Below the pieces are notes generated by a model, which was not told the DNA's origin, made no database searches, and saw only the letters and a list, made by a program, of their open reading frames with translations. Of a DNA stretch of 64,000 bases, positions 55,035 to 64,000 are shown one piece after another. Source of the DNA: an uncultured Gemmatimonadaceae bacterium (lineage in GTDB: Bacteria > Gemmatimonadota > Gemmatimonadetes > Gemmatimonadales > Gemmatimonadaceae); contig CAWBOC010000002.1 in assembly GCA_963790305.1 (NCBI GenBank), forward strand, positions 160,001-224,000, read 5' to 3'. How positions within the stretch are numbered: position 1 is the first letter of the stretch; each line of letters opens with the position of its first letter. A program made the translations under genes and the position numbers.

Positions 55035-58000
55035 ATGAGTACGCGCAGTCTGATTCGCGCGGTCGGGTTGACCGCATCGTTGGGGATGTTCGCCAGCGGC
55101 ATCGCTGGCGCCCAGGAACAGCAGGGGACCATCACCGGCCGCGTCACTGACGCGTCGACGAGCGAGCCTATCGCGGCCGCGCAGATCAGCGTGGTCGGAA
55201 CGGCGATTGGTGCCGGAACCAACAGCGAGGGGCGCTACACCATCCGCGGTGTTCGCCCCGGCATCGTCGAGTTGCGTGTGCTGCGGGTGGGCTACGCCGA
55301 GCGGAAACAGTCAGTGACCGTTGCCGCGGGACAACCGACCACCGCGGACTTCGTGATGACCGTTGCCCCGATCTCGCTGGCTCCGGTCGTCACGACGGCC
55401 ACCGGCGAGCAGCGGCGCGTCGAGCTCGGTAACTCGATTGGAAACGTCGACGCGGCGAAGCTCACGGAGGAGAAGCCCATCACGAACATCGGCGATCTCC
55501 TCGCCTCACGCGTCTCCGGAGTCACCGTGACTCCCGGCGTACAGACGGGCGCGGGCATCCGCATCCGGATCCGCGGGACGAGCTCGCTCTCGCTCACCAA
55601 CAATCCGATCTACGTCATCGACGGAATCCGCGTCGAAGGCACCACCGGCGCCTCGTCGGTGAGCGTGGGCGGGACGACGGTGAGTCGCGTCGGCGACATC
55701 AACCCGGAAGAGATCGAATCGATCGAGATCGTCAAAGGTCCCTCGGCGGCAACGCTCTACGGCACCGACGCCGCGAACGGCGTCGTGGTGATTCGCACCA
55801 AGCGTGGGGTCGCGGGTCGCCCGCAGTGGACGTACTACACCGAGCAGACGGCCATTACCGATCGCAACGATTACCCCACGGCCTATCGCGCGTGGCGTAC
55901 CGGTACGACTGGCACGACGAACTCGACGCCCGCGAACACGGTTCAGTGCTTCCTGAGCCAGGTGCTGACGGCGGCGTGCACGCAGGACAGCGTCACCAGC
56001 TTCAACCTGCACGAGGACGACGAGACGACGCCGTACGGAGTCGGCTATCGCCAGCAACACGGCTTGCAGCTGGCCGGCGGCTCCGAGGCCGTCCGTTACT
56101 TCGTGCACGGCGAGTGGGAGGATGAGGATGGTGTGACCAAGCTGCCGAAGTTCGAGGAGCGGTATCTGGCCGCGCGCGGACTGTCGCTCCGGGACGAGCA
56201 ACAGGATCCCAACCATTTGCGGCGCATCACGGGTCGCGCCAACATCAGCTTCGCCCCCCGCGACAACCTCGACCTTGCCGTGCACGCCGGATACACGTCG
56301 CTCGACATCCGGTTGCCGATGAGCGATGACTCGGGCACCCCCGGCATTGCGGCGAACACGTACGGAGGACCGGGCTTCAAGTACAACGTGAACGCCGCGG
56401 GGGACACCCTCTATGGCTGGCGCGAGTTTACCCCGCGCGACGTCTACGAGGCCGTGACCGAGCAGAACATCGAGCGCCTCATCAGCTCCGTCTCGGCGAA
56501 CTGGCGCCCGCGCGAGTGGTTGGCCGTGCGCAGCAATTTCGGCGTCGACTACATCAATCGCGTTGATCTGCAACTGTGTCGCTTCAGCGAGTGCACGAAC
56601 ACCACCGACCGCGCGGGCTTCAAGGAAGACAATCGGACCAACTACTTCCTGTACACGCTGGACGCGGGCGCAACGGCCACTCGCCAGCTGACCACCGCCC
56701 TCGAATCCCAGACGACGGCCGGCCTTCAGGTCACCCGAAACGCGTTCAATCGCAATGGCGCGCGCGGCGAACAGCTGCCACCTGGCGCCACGACGGTGGG
56801 CACGGGAAGCGTCATCCGCGCCGATGAAGCCACCACCGAGAGCCGGACGGTCGGAGCCTTTATCGAGCAGCGCATGGCATTCCGCGACCGCCTGTTCGTG
56901 ACCGGCGCGATCCGCTCGGATCGCAACAGCGCCTTCGGTGCCGACTTCAAGACGGTGTTCTACCCCAAGTTCTCGGTGTCGTGGATCCTGTCGGACGAGC
57001 CGTTTTTCCCGGCGATCGGGTGGCTCGACCAGTTCCGGTTCCGCACCGCGTACGGGGCGTCGGGCGTGCAGCCCGGGACCACCGACGCGGTGCAGTTCTA
57101 CACCAGCACCCGCACGATCGGCGAGAGCGGCGAAGTCACGGGTGTCGCCTACAGCACGTTAGGCAACCGCGACCTCAAACCGGAACGATCCAATGAGTGG
57201 GAGGGCGGGTTCGACGCCAGCTTCTTCAACAGCCGGTTGAACACGGAGATCACCTACTACCGAAAGATTTCCAAGGATGCGCTCGTCAGCCGTACGCTTC
57301 CGCCGTCCATCGGGACGGGCGCCACGACACGCTTCGAAAACCTGGGAGAAGTACGCAACTCCGGGTGGGAGGCGATGATCGACGCCCAGATTCTCGATCT
57401 CGATCAGTTCGGGTGGAACCTGACGGTCACGGGGTCGACGAACAGCAACAAGCTCGTCAGCCTCGGCGGCGTGCCACCGGTCATTACCAGCAGCACCCTC
57501 CGGCAGGTCGAGGGGTATCCGCTCAATGGATGGTGGTCGCGGCGCCTGGTCAGCTATAACGACGCCAACCGCGATGGCATCATTGCGGCCAGCGAGATCC
57601 AGGTGAGTGCCGACGTCCAATTCCACGGCTACTCATCCCCCCGTCGCGAAGCCGCCTTCACCAATTCACTCAGCTTCCTGAACCGTCGGCTGCGGCTCTC
57701 CGCGATGATGGATTACAAGGGTGGGCACCTGGTCTACAACAACAGCGAGCGCATCCGCTGCGCCAGCCGGTTCAACTGCGCGGGCCTCGTCTCTCGCAAT
57801 GCCTCGCTGTTCGAGCAGGCGCGGACGGTGATGGTGCGAGAGGACCCGAGCCGGTCGGTCGCGGGATTCTTCGAGAAGGGCGACTTCCTCCGCTTCCGCG
57901 AGCTCGCGCTCACGTTCACTCCCTCAGAGCAATTGGCCTCCCGCCTGTTCCGCGGCAGGAGCATCAGCGCCACGGTCGCGGCCCGCAACCTGGGAATGCT

Positions 58001-58121
58001 CTGGACCGAGTACACGGGCGTCGATCCGGAAGCGTTCGGAACCACCGGCGATGCCCCGTCCTCGTTCCAGGCATTCGGCCCGCCCACGTACCTGTCGTTC
58101 CGCCTCAACCTCGGCTTCTAG
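55035..58121 (+). CDS. SusC/RagA-like TonB-dependent outer membrane receptor
   Basis: IRIRG, PIYVIDG, IESIEIVKGPSAATLYG..AANGVV.I.TK, C-terminal F. Confidence 0.93.
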   Translation: MSTRSLIRAVGLTASLGMFASGIAGAQEQQGTITGRVTDASTSEPIAAAQISVVGTAIGAGTNSEGRYTIRGVRPGIVELRVLRVGYAERKQSVTVAAGQPTTADFVMTVAPISLAPVVTTATGEQRRVELGNSIGNVDAAKLTEEKPITNIGDLLASRVSGVTVTPGVQTGAGIRIRIRGTSSLSLTNNPIYVIDGIRVEGTTGASSVSVGGTTVSRVGDINPEEIESIEIVKGPSAATLYGTDAANGVVVIRTKRGVAGRPQWTYYTEQTAITDRNDYPTAYRAWRTGTTGTTNSTPANTVQCFLSQVLTAACTQDSVTSFNLHEDDETTPYGVGYRQQHGLQLAGGSEAVRYFVHGEWEDEDGVTKLPKFEERYLAARGLSLRDEQQDPNHLRRITGRANISFAPRDNLDLAVHAGYTSLDIRLPMSDDSGTPGIAANTYGGPGFKYNVNAAGDTLYGWREFTPRDVYEAVTEQNIERLISSVSANWRPREWLAVRSNFGVDYINRVDLQLCRFSECTNTTDRAGFKEDNRTNYFLYTLDAGATATRQLTTALESQTTAGLQVTRNAFNRNGARGEQLPPGATTVGTGSVIRADEATTESRTVGAFIEQRMAFRDRLFVTGAIRSDRNSAFGADFKTVFYPKFSVSWILSDEPFFPAIGWLDQFRFRTAYGASGVQPGTTDAVQFYTSTRTIGESGEVTGVAYSTLGNRDLKPERSNEWEGGFDASFFNSRLNTEITYYRKISKDALVSRTLPPSIGTGATTRFENLGEVRNSGWEAMIDAQILDLDQFGWNLTVTGSTNSNKLVSLGGVPPVITSSTLRQVEGYPLNGWWSRRLVSYNDANRDGIIAASEIQVSADVQFHGYSSPRREAAFTNSLSFLNRRLRLSAMMDYKGGHLVYNNSERIRCASRFNCAGLVSRNASLFEQARTVMVREDPSRSVAGFFEKGDFLRFRELALTFTPSEQLASRLFRGRSISATVAARNLGMLWTEYTGVDPEAFGTTGDAPSSFQAFGPPTYLSFRLNLGF

Positions 58122-58133
58122 GACACCGATCCG

Positions 58134-59531
58134 ATGATTTCATACACGAGGACACGTTCGATTCTCACGCGACTGCGTCGCTCGGCGGCGGTGGCGTCAT
58201 TCACGGTCGTCGCCGCGGGGGCCCTCCCACTGGCGAGCTGCTCGCCGGATGACTTTCTGACGATCACGGACCCGGACATCATCAATCCGGACGACGTGCA
58301 GTCGGCGGCGGGAGCCAACGCGGTACGACTCGGCGCAATATCTCGATTCAAGATGGCCACCAGTGGAGCACCGCCCACCGGAGCCGATACGTCGAGCCTG
58401 TTTCTGCTCGGTGGATTGTTCGCTGATGAATGGATCAATGGCGACTCGTTCATTGCGCGTCAGGAGATCGACCAGCGTGTCATTACCCCGGAAAACACCT
58501 TTCTGACGGTCGCCAACCGCATCCTCCACCGTGCACGGTTCAACGCCGAGCTCGCGGTCGAGCTGCTCGCGGAATGGGTTCCCAACGCTCCCGCATGGCA
58601 GGTTGGCGAGATGCATCTCATTCAGGCGTACGTGGCGAACATCCTGGCCGAGCATTATTGCGACGGTCTGGTGTTCAGCGATGTCGTCGACGGTCGGGAG
58701 GTGTACGGATCCCCAATCACGGTGGTGGAAACGTTCGAGCGCGCCCTCGAGCACGCGAACGACGGGCTCGCGTTGACCTTTGGAACGGACACGACATCGC
58801 TGCGCGTGCAGCGGTCGCTGCAAGTGATCAAGGGGCGCATCCTGCTGAACCTGAATCGTCCGGCCGAGGCGGCGACCGCGGTGGCGGGTGTCCCTGCGAA
58901 CTTCGCGCACAACAACGTCCACAGCGCGACGACGAGCATCAATGGTGTCTGGCAATACAACAACCTGGCGCGCCGTTACAGTGTCGGGAGTGCCGAGGGT
59001 GGCAACGGCATCAACTTCGCCACCGCCGGGGATCCACGACTTCCGGTGTGCGTCGGTGGTACGACCGGGTGCATCACGCAGGCGATAAAGGACGACCTGT
59101 CGTCGCCCATACACGTCCAGAGAAAATGGCCGAACATCGACAGTCCCGTGGCCATTATCACTGGCGTTGAGGCACGGATGATTCGCGCCGAGGCGTCGCT
59201 CCGCGCTGGGAACTTCGCGGCGGCGTTGGACACGCTCAACGCCGCGCGGACGACGGTCACGGGCCTCGCAGCGCTGACTGACCCCGGCACTGATTCGGCC
59301 CGGGTGAGCTTGCTCTTCCGCGAGCGTGCCTTCTGGATGTTCGGAACCGGAACCCGTGTCGGTGATCTTCGCCGACTCATCCGCCAATACGGCCGCGCGC
59401 AGAACACCGTCTTTCCGACCGGCATCTGGCACAAGGGCGGAAATTACGGCAGCGATGTCAACATGCCCGTTCCGCAGGCCGAGCTGAACAACCCGAACGT
59501 GGAGCAGTTCTGCATGAACCGGAATGCGTAG
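58134..59531 (+). CDS. SusD/RagB-like lipoprotein
   Basis: LASC lipobox, MIRAEA, RERAFW..G.R.GDLRR, PVPQAE. Confidence 0.85.
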   Translation: MISYTRTRSILTRLRRSAAVASFTVVAAGALPLASCSPDDFLTITDPDIINPDDVQSAAGANAVRLGAISRFKMATSGAPPTGADTSSLFLLGGLFADEWINGDSFIARQEIDQRVITPENTFLTVANRILHRARFNAELAVELLAEWVPNAPAWQVGEMHLIQAYVANILAEHYCDGLVFSDVVDGREVYGSPITVVETFERALEHANDGLALTFGTDTTSLRVQRSLQVIKGRILLNLNRPAEAATAVAGVPANFAHNNVHSATTSINGVWQYNNLARRYSVGSAEGGNGINFATAGDPRLPVCVGGTTGCITQAIKDDLSSPIHVQRKWPNIDSPVAIITGVEARMIRAEASLRAGNFAAALDTLNAARTTVTGLAALTDPGTDSARVSLLFRERAFWMFGTGTRVGDLRRLIRQYGRAQNTVFPTGIWHKGGNYGSDVNMPVPQAELNNPNVEQFCMNRNA

Positions 59532-61668
59532 CTGGCTGTTGGCGGCCACGCTCGTGGCCGCCGCGGTCCCCGCCGCGCCAGCTCAGGTACCTGACGATGT
59601 CCCTGAGCTGGCGCGACGCGTAGAGGTTCGGCGCACGACATTCGGCGTTCCCCACATCAAGGCCGAGGATCTTCGCGCCGCCGCCTATGCGCTTGCGTAC
59701 GTCCAGCTCGAGGACCACGGCGCACGGGTCGCGATCGGGCTTCTCCGGGCGCGCGGCGAGATGGGTCGTTGGTTCGGGCGCGACAGCATCGAGAGCGACT
59801 ACACGGCCAAGCGAGACTACGCGCTGGCGGTCGAGCGGTACGCGCAAATCGATCAACCGACGCGCGACGTGTACGAGGGATTTGCGGCGGGTGTCAACAG
59901 ATACGTCGCGCTGCATCCCGATGAGTTTCCATCCGGGTTCGCGCCCAACTTCACCGGCTACGACGTCGCTGCGCGTGACGTGAGCTCGGCGTCGCCGGCG
60001 CAGGCGCGGCGGTTTCTCGCCCGATTCGAGCCGCCCCGGCAACGCGGACCAGGCGACGTCGCGCCGCCGTCCGATGAAGGCGTCGATGCCATCGAGGAGG
60101 GATCGAACGCATGGGCGTTCGCGCCCAGCCGCACGAAATCGGGGCGCGCGATTCTTCTTCGCAACCCGCACCTCTCGTGGACCGCGGGATACTACGAGGC
60201 GCACGTCACCGTGCCGGGCGTGCTCGATTTCTACGGTGATTTCCGGATCGGCGGGCCCTTTGGTGTCATCGGTGGCTTCAATCGCCACCTCGGTTGGGCG
60301 ACGACGAACAACGCGCCGGACCTCGATGAGATCTACGCGCTCGAGGTCGATCCGACGCTCCCGGACCATTTCGTGTTCAATGGGACGTCGCTTCCCGTGC
60401 AGCGGGAGCTCGTCACCGTCGCGTTCCGGAATGGCCCCGGCGTGTCCACCGAGACTCGTGAGGTGTGGCGAACGCCGCTCGGGCCGGTCATTCACCGCGA
60501 CAGCGGCAAAGTGTTCGTGCTTCGTGCCGCCGCCGAAGGCGAACACCGCGCGGGCGAGCAGTTCCTGCGGATGATGCGAGCGCAATCGCTCGCCGAGTGG
60601 AAGGACGCGATGCGCGTTCGGGCGCGCGTGAACTCCAATTTCACCTACGCCGATCGCGCCGGAAACATCTTCTACGTGTGGAACGCGTCGATTCCGGCGC
60701 TGCCGCACCCCAGCGGGGGCGACACGACCGCGGTGCCGGCGCGCGGGATGGACGAGGTGTGGACTCGTTATGTGCCGTTCGACTCGCTGCCGCAGCTGCT
60801 CAATCCGCGAGGTGGCTACGTCCGGAACGAGAACGACCCGCCCTATCACACCAATCTCCGACAGGTGCTCGACCGCTCCCGGTATCCGGCGAACTTTCCG
60901 GAGCCACTGCTGCGTCTGCGCAGCCAGCTCAGCCTCGCCCTCGTCGACCCGCCGCGGAAGCTGAGCCTCGAAGACGTCGTCGCGCTCAAGCATTCGTACC
61001 GGATGCTGCTTGCCGATCGCGTGAAGAACGACCTCGTCGCGGCGGTCCGCGCTTCGTCGCCCACACCGCCGGTGAGCGAGGCGATTGCGCTCCTTGCCCA
61101 GTGGGACAACACCGCGGGCCACACGAGCCGCGGCGGCGTGCTCTTCGAGGTCTGGTGGCGCAAGTACGTCGAAGGAGCCGACCCCGACACGATGTACGCA
61201 CAGCCGTGGTCCGTCGACGCGCCGGCCACCACGCCGCGGGGACTCAAGCATCCCGCGCGCGCCATTGAGGCGTTCACGTGGGCGGTCGAGGAAACGACGC
61301 GTCGTCACGCGCGGTACGACGTCGCCTGGGGCGATGTTCACCGCGTCCGCATCGGGACCGTCGACGTGCCCGTCGGCGGCTGCGGCGGAGCGCTCGGCTG
61401 CTTCCGCGTGCTCAACTTCAGAACCGATCCTGACGGAAAACGCTCGGTCGTGGGCGGCGACGGCTGGGTCATCGCCGTCGAGTTCACCGATACGCCGCGC
61501 GCGTACTCGGTGCTGGCGTACGGCGAGAGCGCACGCGAGGACTCGCCGCACCACGCCGATCAGGCCGAGATGTTCGCCCGCGGCGAGATGAAGCGCGTCG
61601 CGTTTACCGAGCGTGACATCGAGGCGCAGACGATACGCCGCTACCGGCCGGGCGCGATCGCTCCCTGA
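59524..61668 (+). CDS. Penicillin acylase family Ntn-hydrolase (S45)
   Basis: FGVPHI, GSNAWAF (beta-subunit Ser), NPHL, YAD..GNI. Confidence 0.93.
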   Translation: MRSWLLAATLVAAAVPAAPAQVPDDVPELARRVEVRRTTFGVPHIKAEDLRAAAYALAYVQLEDHGARVAIGLLRARGEMGRWFGRDSIESDYTAKRDYALAVERYAQIDQPTRDVYEGFAAGVNRYVALHPDEFPSGFAPNFTGYDVAARDVSSASPAQARRFLARFEPPRQRGPGDVAPPSDEGVDAIEEGSNAWAFAPSRTKSGRAILLRNPHLSWTAGYYEAHVTVPGVLDFYGDFRIGGPFGVIGGFNRHLGWATTNNAPDLDEIYALEVDPTLPDHFVFNGTSLPVQRELVTVAFRNGPGVSTETREVWRTPLGPVIHRDSGKVFVLRAAAEGEHRAGEQFLRMMRAQSLAEWKDAMRVRARVNSNFTYADRAGNIFYVWNASIPALPHPSGGDTTAVPARGMDEVWTRYVPFDSLPQLLNPRGGYVRNENDPPYHTNLRQVLDRSRYPANFPEPLLRLRSQLSLALVDPPRKLSLEDVVALKHSYRMLLADRVKNDLVAAVRASSPTPPVSEAIALLAQWDNTAGHTSRGGVLFEVWWRKYVEGADPDTMYAQPWSVDAPATTPRGLKHPARAIEAFTWAVEETTRRHARYDVAWGDVHRVRIGTVDVPVGGCGGALGCFRVLNFRTDPDGKRSVVGGDGWVIAVEFTDTPRAYSVLAYGESAREDSPHHADQAEMFARGEMKRVAFTERDIEAQTIRRYRPGAIAP

Positions 61669-61691
61669 ATGGGAGCCAGCGAAGCGCCCGC

Positions 61692-62207
61692 TCAGAACGC
61701 GATTCGCCCTCCGATCGATAGCGACCCTTCGCTCATCGGCACGACGGAGAGGCGCATCGGCACCGCCGCGTCGCCCCAGCGCTCGAAGCTGCCGACCAGG
61801 AGTCCGATGACGCTACCGCCCACCACGCCAGTGACGGCGCCAAGCACGGCGGCCCCCCGCTTGTCGACCCAGTAGCCATTGTCGTTGCCCGCCGCGTATC
61901 CGACCACGCCGCCGATCGCCAGACCAAGGAGAGCGCCCCATCCCGCATTTGCGCCGCGACGGGTGCCACGGCTGACCTCGAGGCGCTGAACGAGCGAGCG
62001 CGAGATCGTGATGTCACCTCCGCCGCGCTGACGGCGGACCATCAATGCCGAGTCGCTCACCGCGATCAGTTGCCCGACTATCACCGGCGATGGGTCCGCG
62101 GGCGTGATCCTTACTCGTGCACCCCGGGGAAGGTCCTGGGCTGTCTGCGCCGACGCCACTTCGACAACCGCCAGCAGCGCGAGCAGGACCATTGATATCG
62201 CTCTCAT
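61692..62207 (-). CDS. Hypothetical exported protein with glycine-zipper helices
   Basis: GGAGG RBS, signal peptide, GxxxG repeats. Confidence 0.7.
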   Translation of the reverse strand: MRAISMVLLALLAVVEVASAQTAQDLPRGARVRITPADPSPVIVGQLIAVSDSALMVRRQRGGGDITISRSLVQRLEVSRGTRRGANAGWGALLGLAIGGVVGYAAGNDNGYWVDKRGAAVLGAVTGVVGGSVIGLLVGSFERWGDAAVPMRLSVVPMSEGSLSIGGRIAF

Positions 62208-62323
62208 GGTGACCTCCGCATGAGGACGCCGACAACCTAGAAGGCTGGCGACCCCGGCGGTCTACGTCATTGTACGTAGCAGTCATTGCGTCCCAGCGCC
62301 GGCCGTGTGCAGTATTGCCCGCC

Positions 62324-62449
62324 ATGAGCAACGATCCACGCGTGCCGCGGTCGCGCAGCTGGGTGAGCCTGGTCCTTCGCGACATTCAGTTCTGGATCCC
62401 GGTCGCGGTGCTGATCGGCGGACTGTTCGTCCTGCGCTGGATTCATTGA
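62324..62449 (+). CDS. 41-aa single-TM small protein
   Basis: MSNDPRVPRSRSWVSLVLRDIQFWIPVAVLIGGLFVLRWIH*; stop overlaps TTG start of the transporter. Confidence 0.65.
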   Translation: MSNDPRVPRSRSWVSLVLRDIQFWIPVAVLIGGLFVLRWIH

Positions 62450-63735
62450 CCCACCCCGCGGCGTCGACGGTCGACCCATCCCGCCTCCGCCGTTTGCAGG
62501 GGCTCGGGATGATCTGCGGTCTGACCGCCGGAGCGTGGTTAGGCGCCGCGGAGGCGCCAACCAAGCTCGTGACGACCGGCGTGTCTCCCTTCGTCGTCTC
62601 GCTCGCCATGGTGGTCGGCGTGTTCCTCGCCCGGTGGAGCGTGCCCGCCCTCATTCACGGCACCTCGTACATCGGCGCCGATCTTCGTCAGGCGCCGCAC
62701 CTCATCGTGTGGGGCGTGCTCGCCGGGTGCCTGTGGGCGGTCGCGAATACGCTCACGATCTTCGCCGTGCGCGACGTCGGGCTCAGCATCGCGTTCCCGC
62801 TCTGGAACAGCAACAGCCTGCTCGGGATCCTGTGGGGGGTCGTACTGTTCAAGGAGCTGCGGGGGGCAGACTGGCGGCGGTGGGCCGGCGTGCTCGGCGG
62901 CGCGCTGCTGATGTTCGCCGGTGCAACGGCGCTCGCCGTCGCGTCATCGAGCCAGGTCGCGGGGCGCGATGCGTTGCGAGGGATGATCGCCGCGCTCGCC
63001 GCCGGTGTGCTCTGGGGCACGATGTACATCCCCTATCGCAAGGCGTACCTGACGGGCATGAGCCCGCTCTCATTCATCACCTTCTTCACCCTGGGCGAGC
63101 TCGGGATGATGGGAACGCTCGCCGTGGTGTACACCGGCGGCGTCACTCCACTCTGGCAGGAGCTCGCCGCGACTCGGCAAGTGCTGTTCTGGTTCCTCCT
63201 CGGCGGATTCGTCTGGGTCATTGGCGACCTGTTTCAGCAGTATGCCGTGAAGTACGCGGGAATCACGCGCGGCATTCCGCTGTCGAACACGAATCAGCTC
63301 TGGGGTTTGCTCTGGGGAGTGCTCGTCTTCGGGGAGCTGCTTGGCGGAACGCGCGCGCTGTACACGCAGGTGATCGGGGGGTCGCTGGTGATGGCGATAG
63401 GCGCGGGCGTAATCGCCCTCTCGTCGGTGCGCGAGGGCGAGCATCGGCGGTGGCAGGAGGCTGCCGCTCGCGAGAGCGATCGCTACGGTGTCGATCCAGC
63501 CTACACGCGCGCGCGAGCCGCCGGCGAAGAGGTCAGCACGGCGAGACACAAGCGAACGTGGGTGGATTGGCTGGTCGTCGCCCTCGCCACCGCCGTCCTC
63601 ATCGCGTTTGCCGCGATCGCCGAGGCCCCGCGCATTGCGCTGCGATGGGAGTGGGCGGCCGCGCTCACCGGAGTGATGCTCGCGATCCTCGTCGGGTCCG
63701 GGCTCACCCTCTGGCGGACGACGCGATTCAGCTAG
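62446..63735 (+). CDS. GRP/DMT-family sugar transporter
   Basis: Duplicated helix motif GLSIAFPLWNSN..WG..FKEL / GITRGIPLSNTN..WG..FGEL. Confidence 0.85.
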   Translation: MTHPAASTVDPSRLRRLQGLGMICGLTAGAWLGAAEAPTKLVTTGVSPFVVSLAMVVGVFLARWSVPALIHGTSYIGADLRQAPHLIVWGVLAGCLWAVANTLTIFAVRDVGLSIAFPLWNSNSLLGILWGVVLFKELRGADWRRWAGVLGGALLMFAGATALAVASSSQVAGRDALRGMIAALAAGVLWGTMYIPYRKAYLTGMSPLSFITFFTLGELGMMGTLAVVYTGGVTPLWQELAATRQVLFWFLLGGFVWVIGDLFQQYAVKYAGITRGIPLSNTNQLWGLLWGVLVFGELLGGTRALYTQVIGGSLVMAIGAGVIALSSVREGEHRRWQEAAARESDRYGVDPAYTRARAAGEEVSTARHKRTWVDWLVVALATAVLIAFAAIAEAPRIALRWEWAAALTGVMLAILVGSGLTLWRTTRFS

Positions 63736-63740
63736 TAGCA

Positions 63741-63844
63741 GAGGGTGTCGAGGGTGTCGAGGGTGTCGAGGTCGTCGAGGTGATCGAGGGAACGTCGTTG
63801 CCTCTCCTCGATCACCTCGACGACCTCGACACCCTCGACACCCT
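63741..63844. repeat. Inverted tandem-repeat hairpin, 9-mer TCGAGGnnn family, perfect 39-bp stem
   Basis: 63751-63789 is the exact reverse complement of 63806-63844. Confidence 0.93.
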
Positions 63845-64000
63845 TTAGCCTCTCACCGGCGTCAGCACGATGTTGCGATACTCGACGACGCCGTGGTCGC
63901 CCTGGAGCATGAGCGGCCCGGGCGCACCTTCATCGCTGTCGAGCGCCCCACCGGTGATGCCGGGAATTTCCTGATTGGAGATCACCGTCTTTCCGTTCAG
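63845..64000 (-). CDS. C-terminal fragment of DUF1080 (3-keto-disaccharide hydrolase) protein
   Basis: My translation: LNGKTVI...GPLMLQGDHGVVEYRNIVLTPVRG*. Confidence 0.8.
   Translation of the reverse strand: MNGKTVISNQEIPGITGGALDSDEGAPGPLMLQGDHGVVEYRNIVLTPVRG

Overview
High-GC, gene-dense bacterial chromosome segment. Gene content suggests Gemmatimonadota (inference): Hanks kinase, BTAD-TPR regulator, barrel-less carboxypeptidase-regulatory/plug proteins, SusC/SusD. The first ~34 kb is mostly housekeeping: serB-aminotransferase-serA operon, rhomboid, MscS, sulfurtransferase/OsmC, CsaA, two thioredoxin-like ferredoxins, HtpX, a frameshifted fused E1 alpha/beta 2-oxoacid dehydrogenase, HIT, NadE and PBP1A. 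The rest is accessory-like: hydrolases, LytS/LytTR, two DUF4386 genes, a flavin monooxygenase, sulfatase, multicopper oxidase, SusCD plus Ntn-acylase, and a sugar transporter. I found no tRNA, rRNA, CRISPR array or transposase. The most notable non-coding signals are: (1) about a dozen intergenic hairpins built from 7- or 9-nt tandem units of several unrelated sequences, always purine arm first, with unit variants mirrored between arms and often in register with stop codons; (2) a [26 protein letters not shown] (RAE)-like 19-bp palindrome forming back-to-back promoters upstream of a Rox-like monooxygenase; (3) SARP-type 11-bp-phased direct repeats next to a BTAD regulator; (4) a perfect 36-bp palindrome upstream of nadE. 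All family calls are by eye from motifs; no database searches were run.
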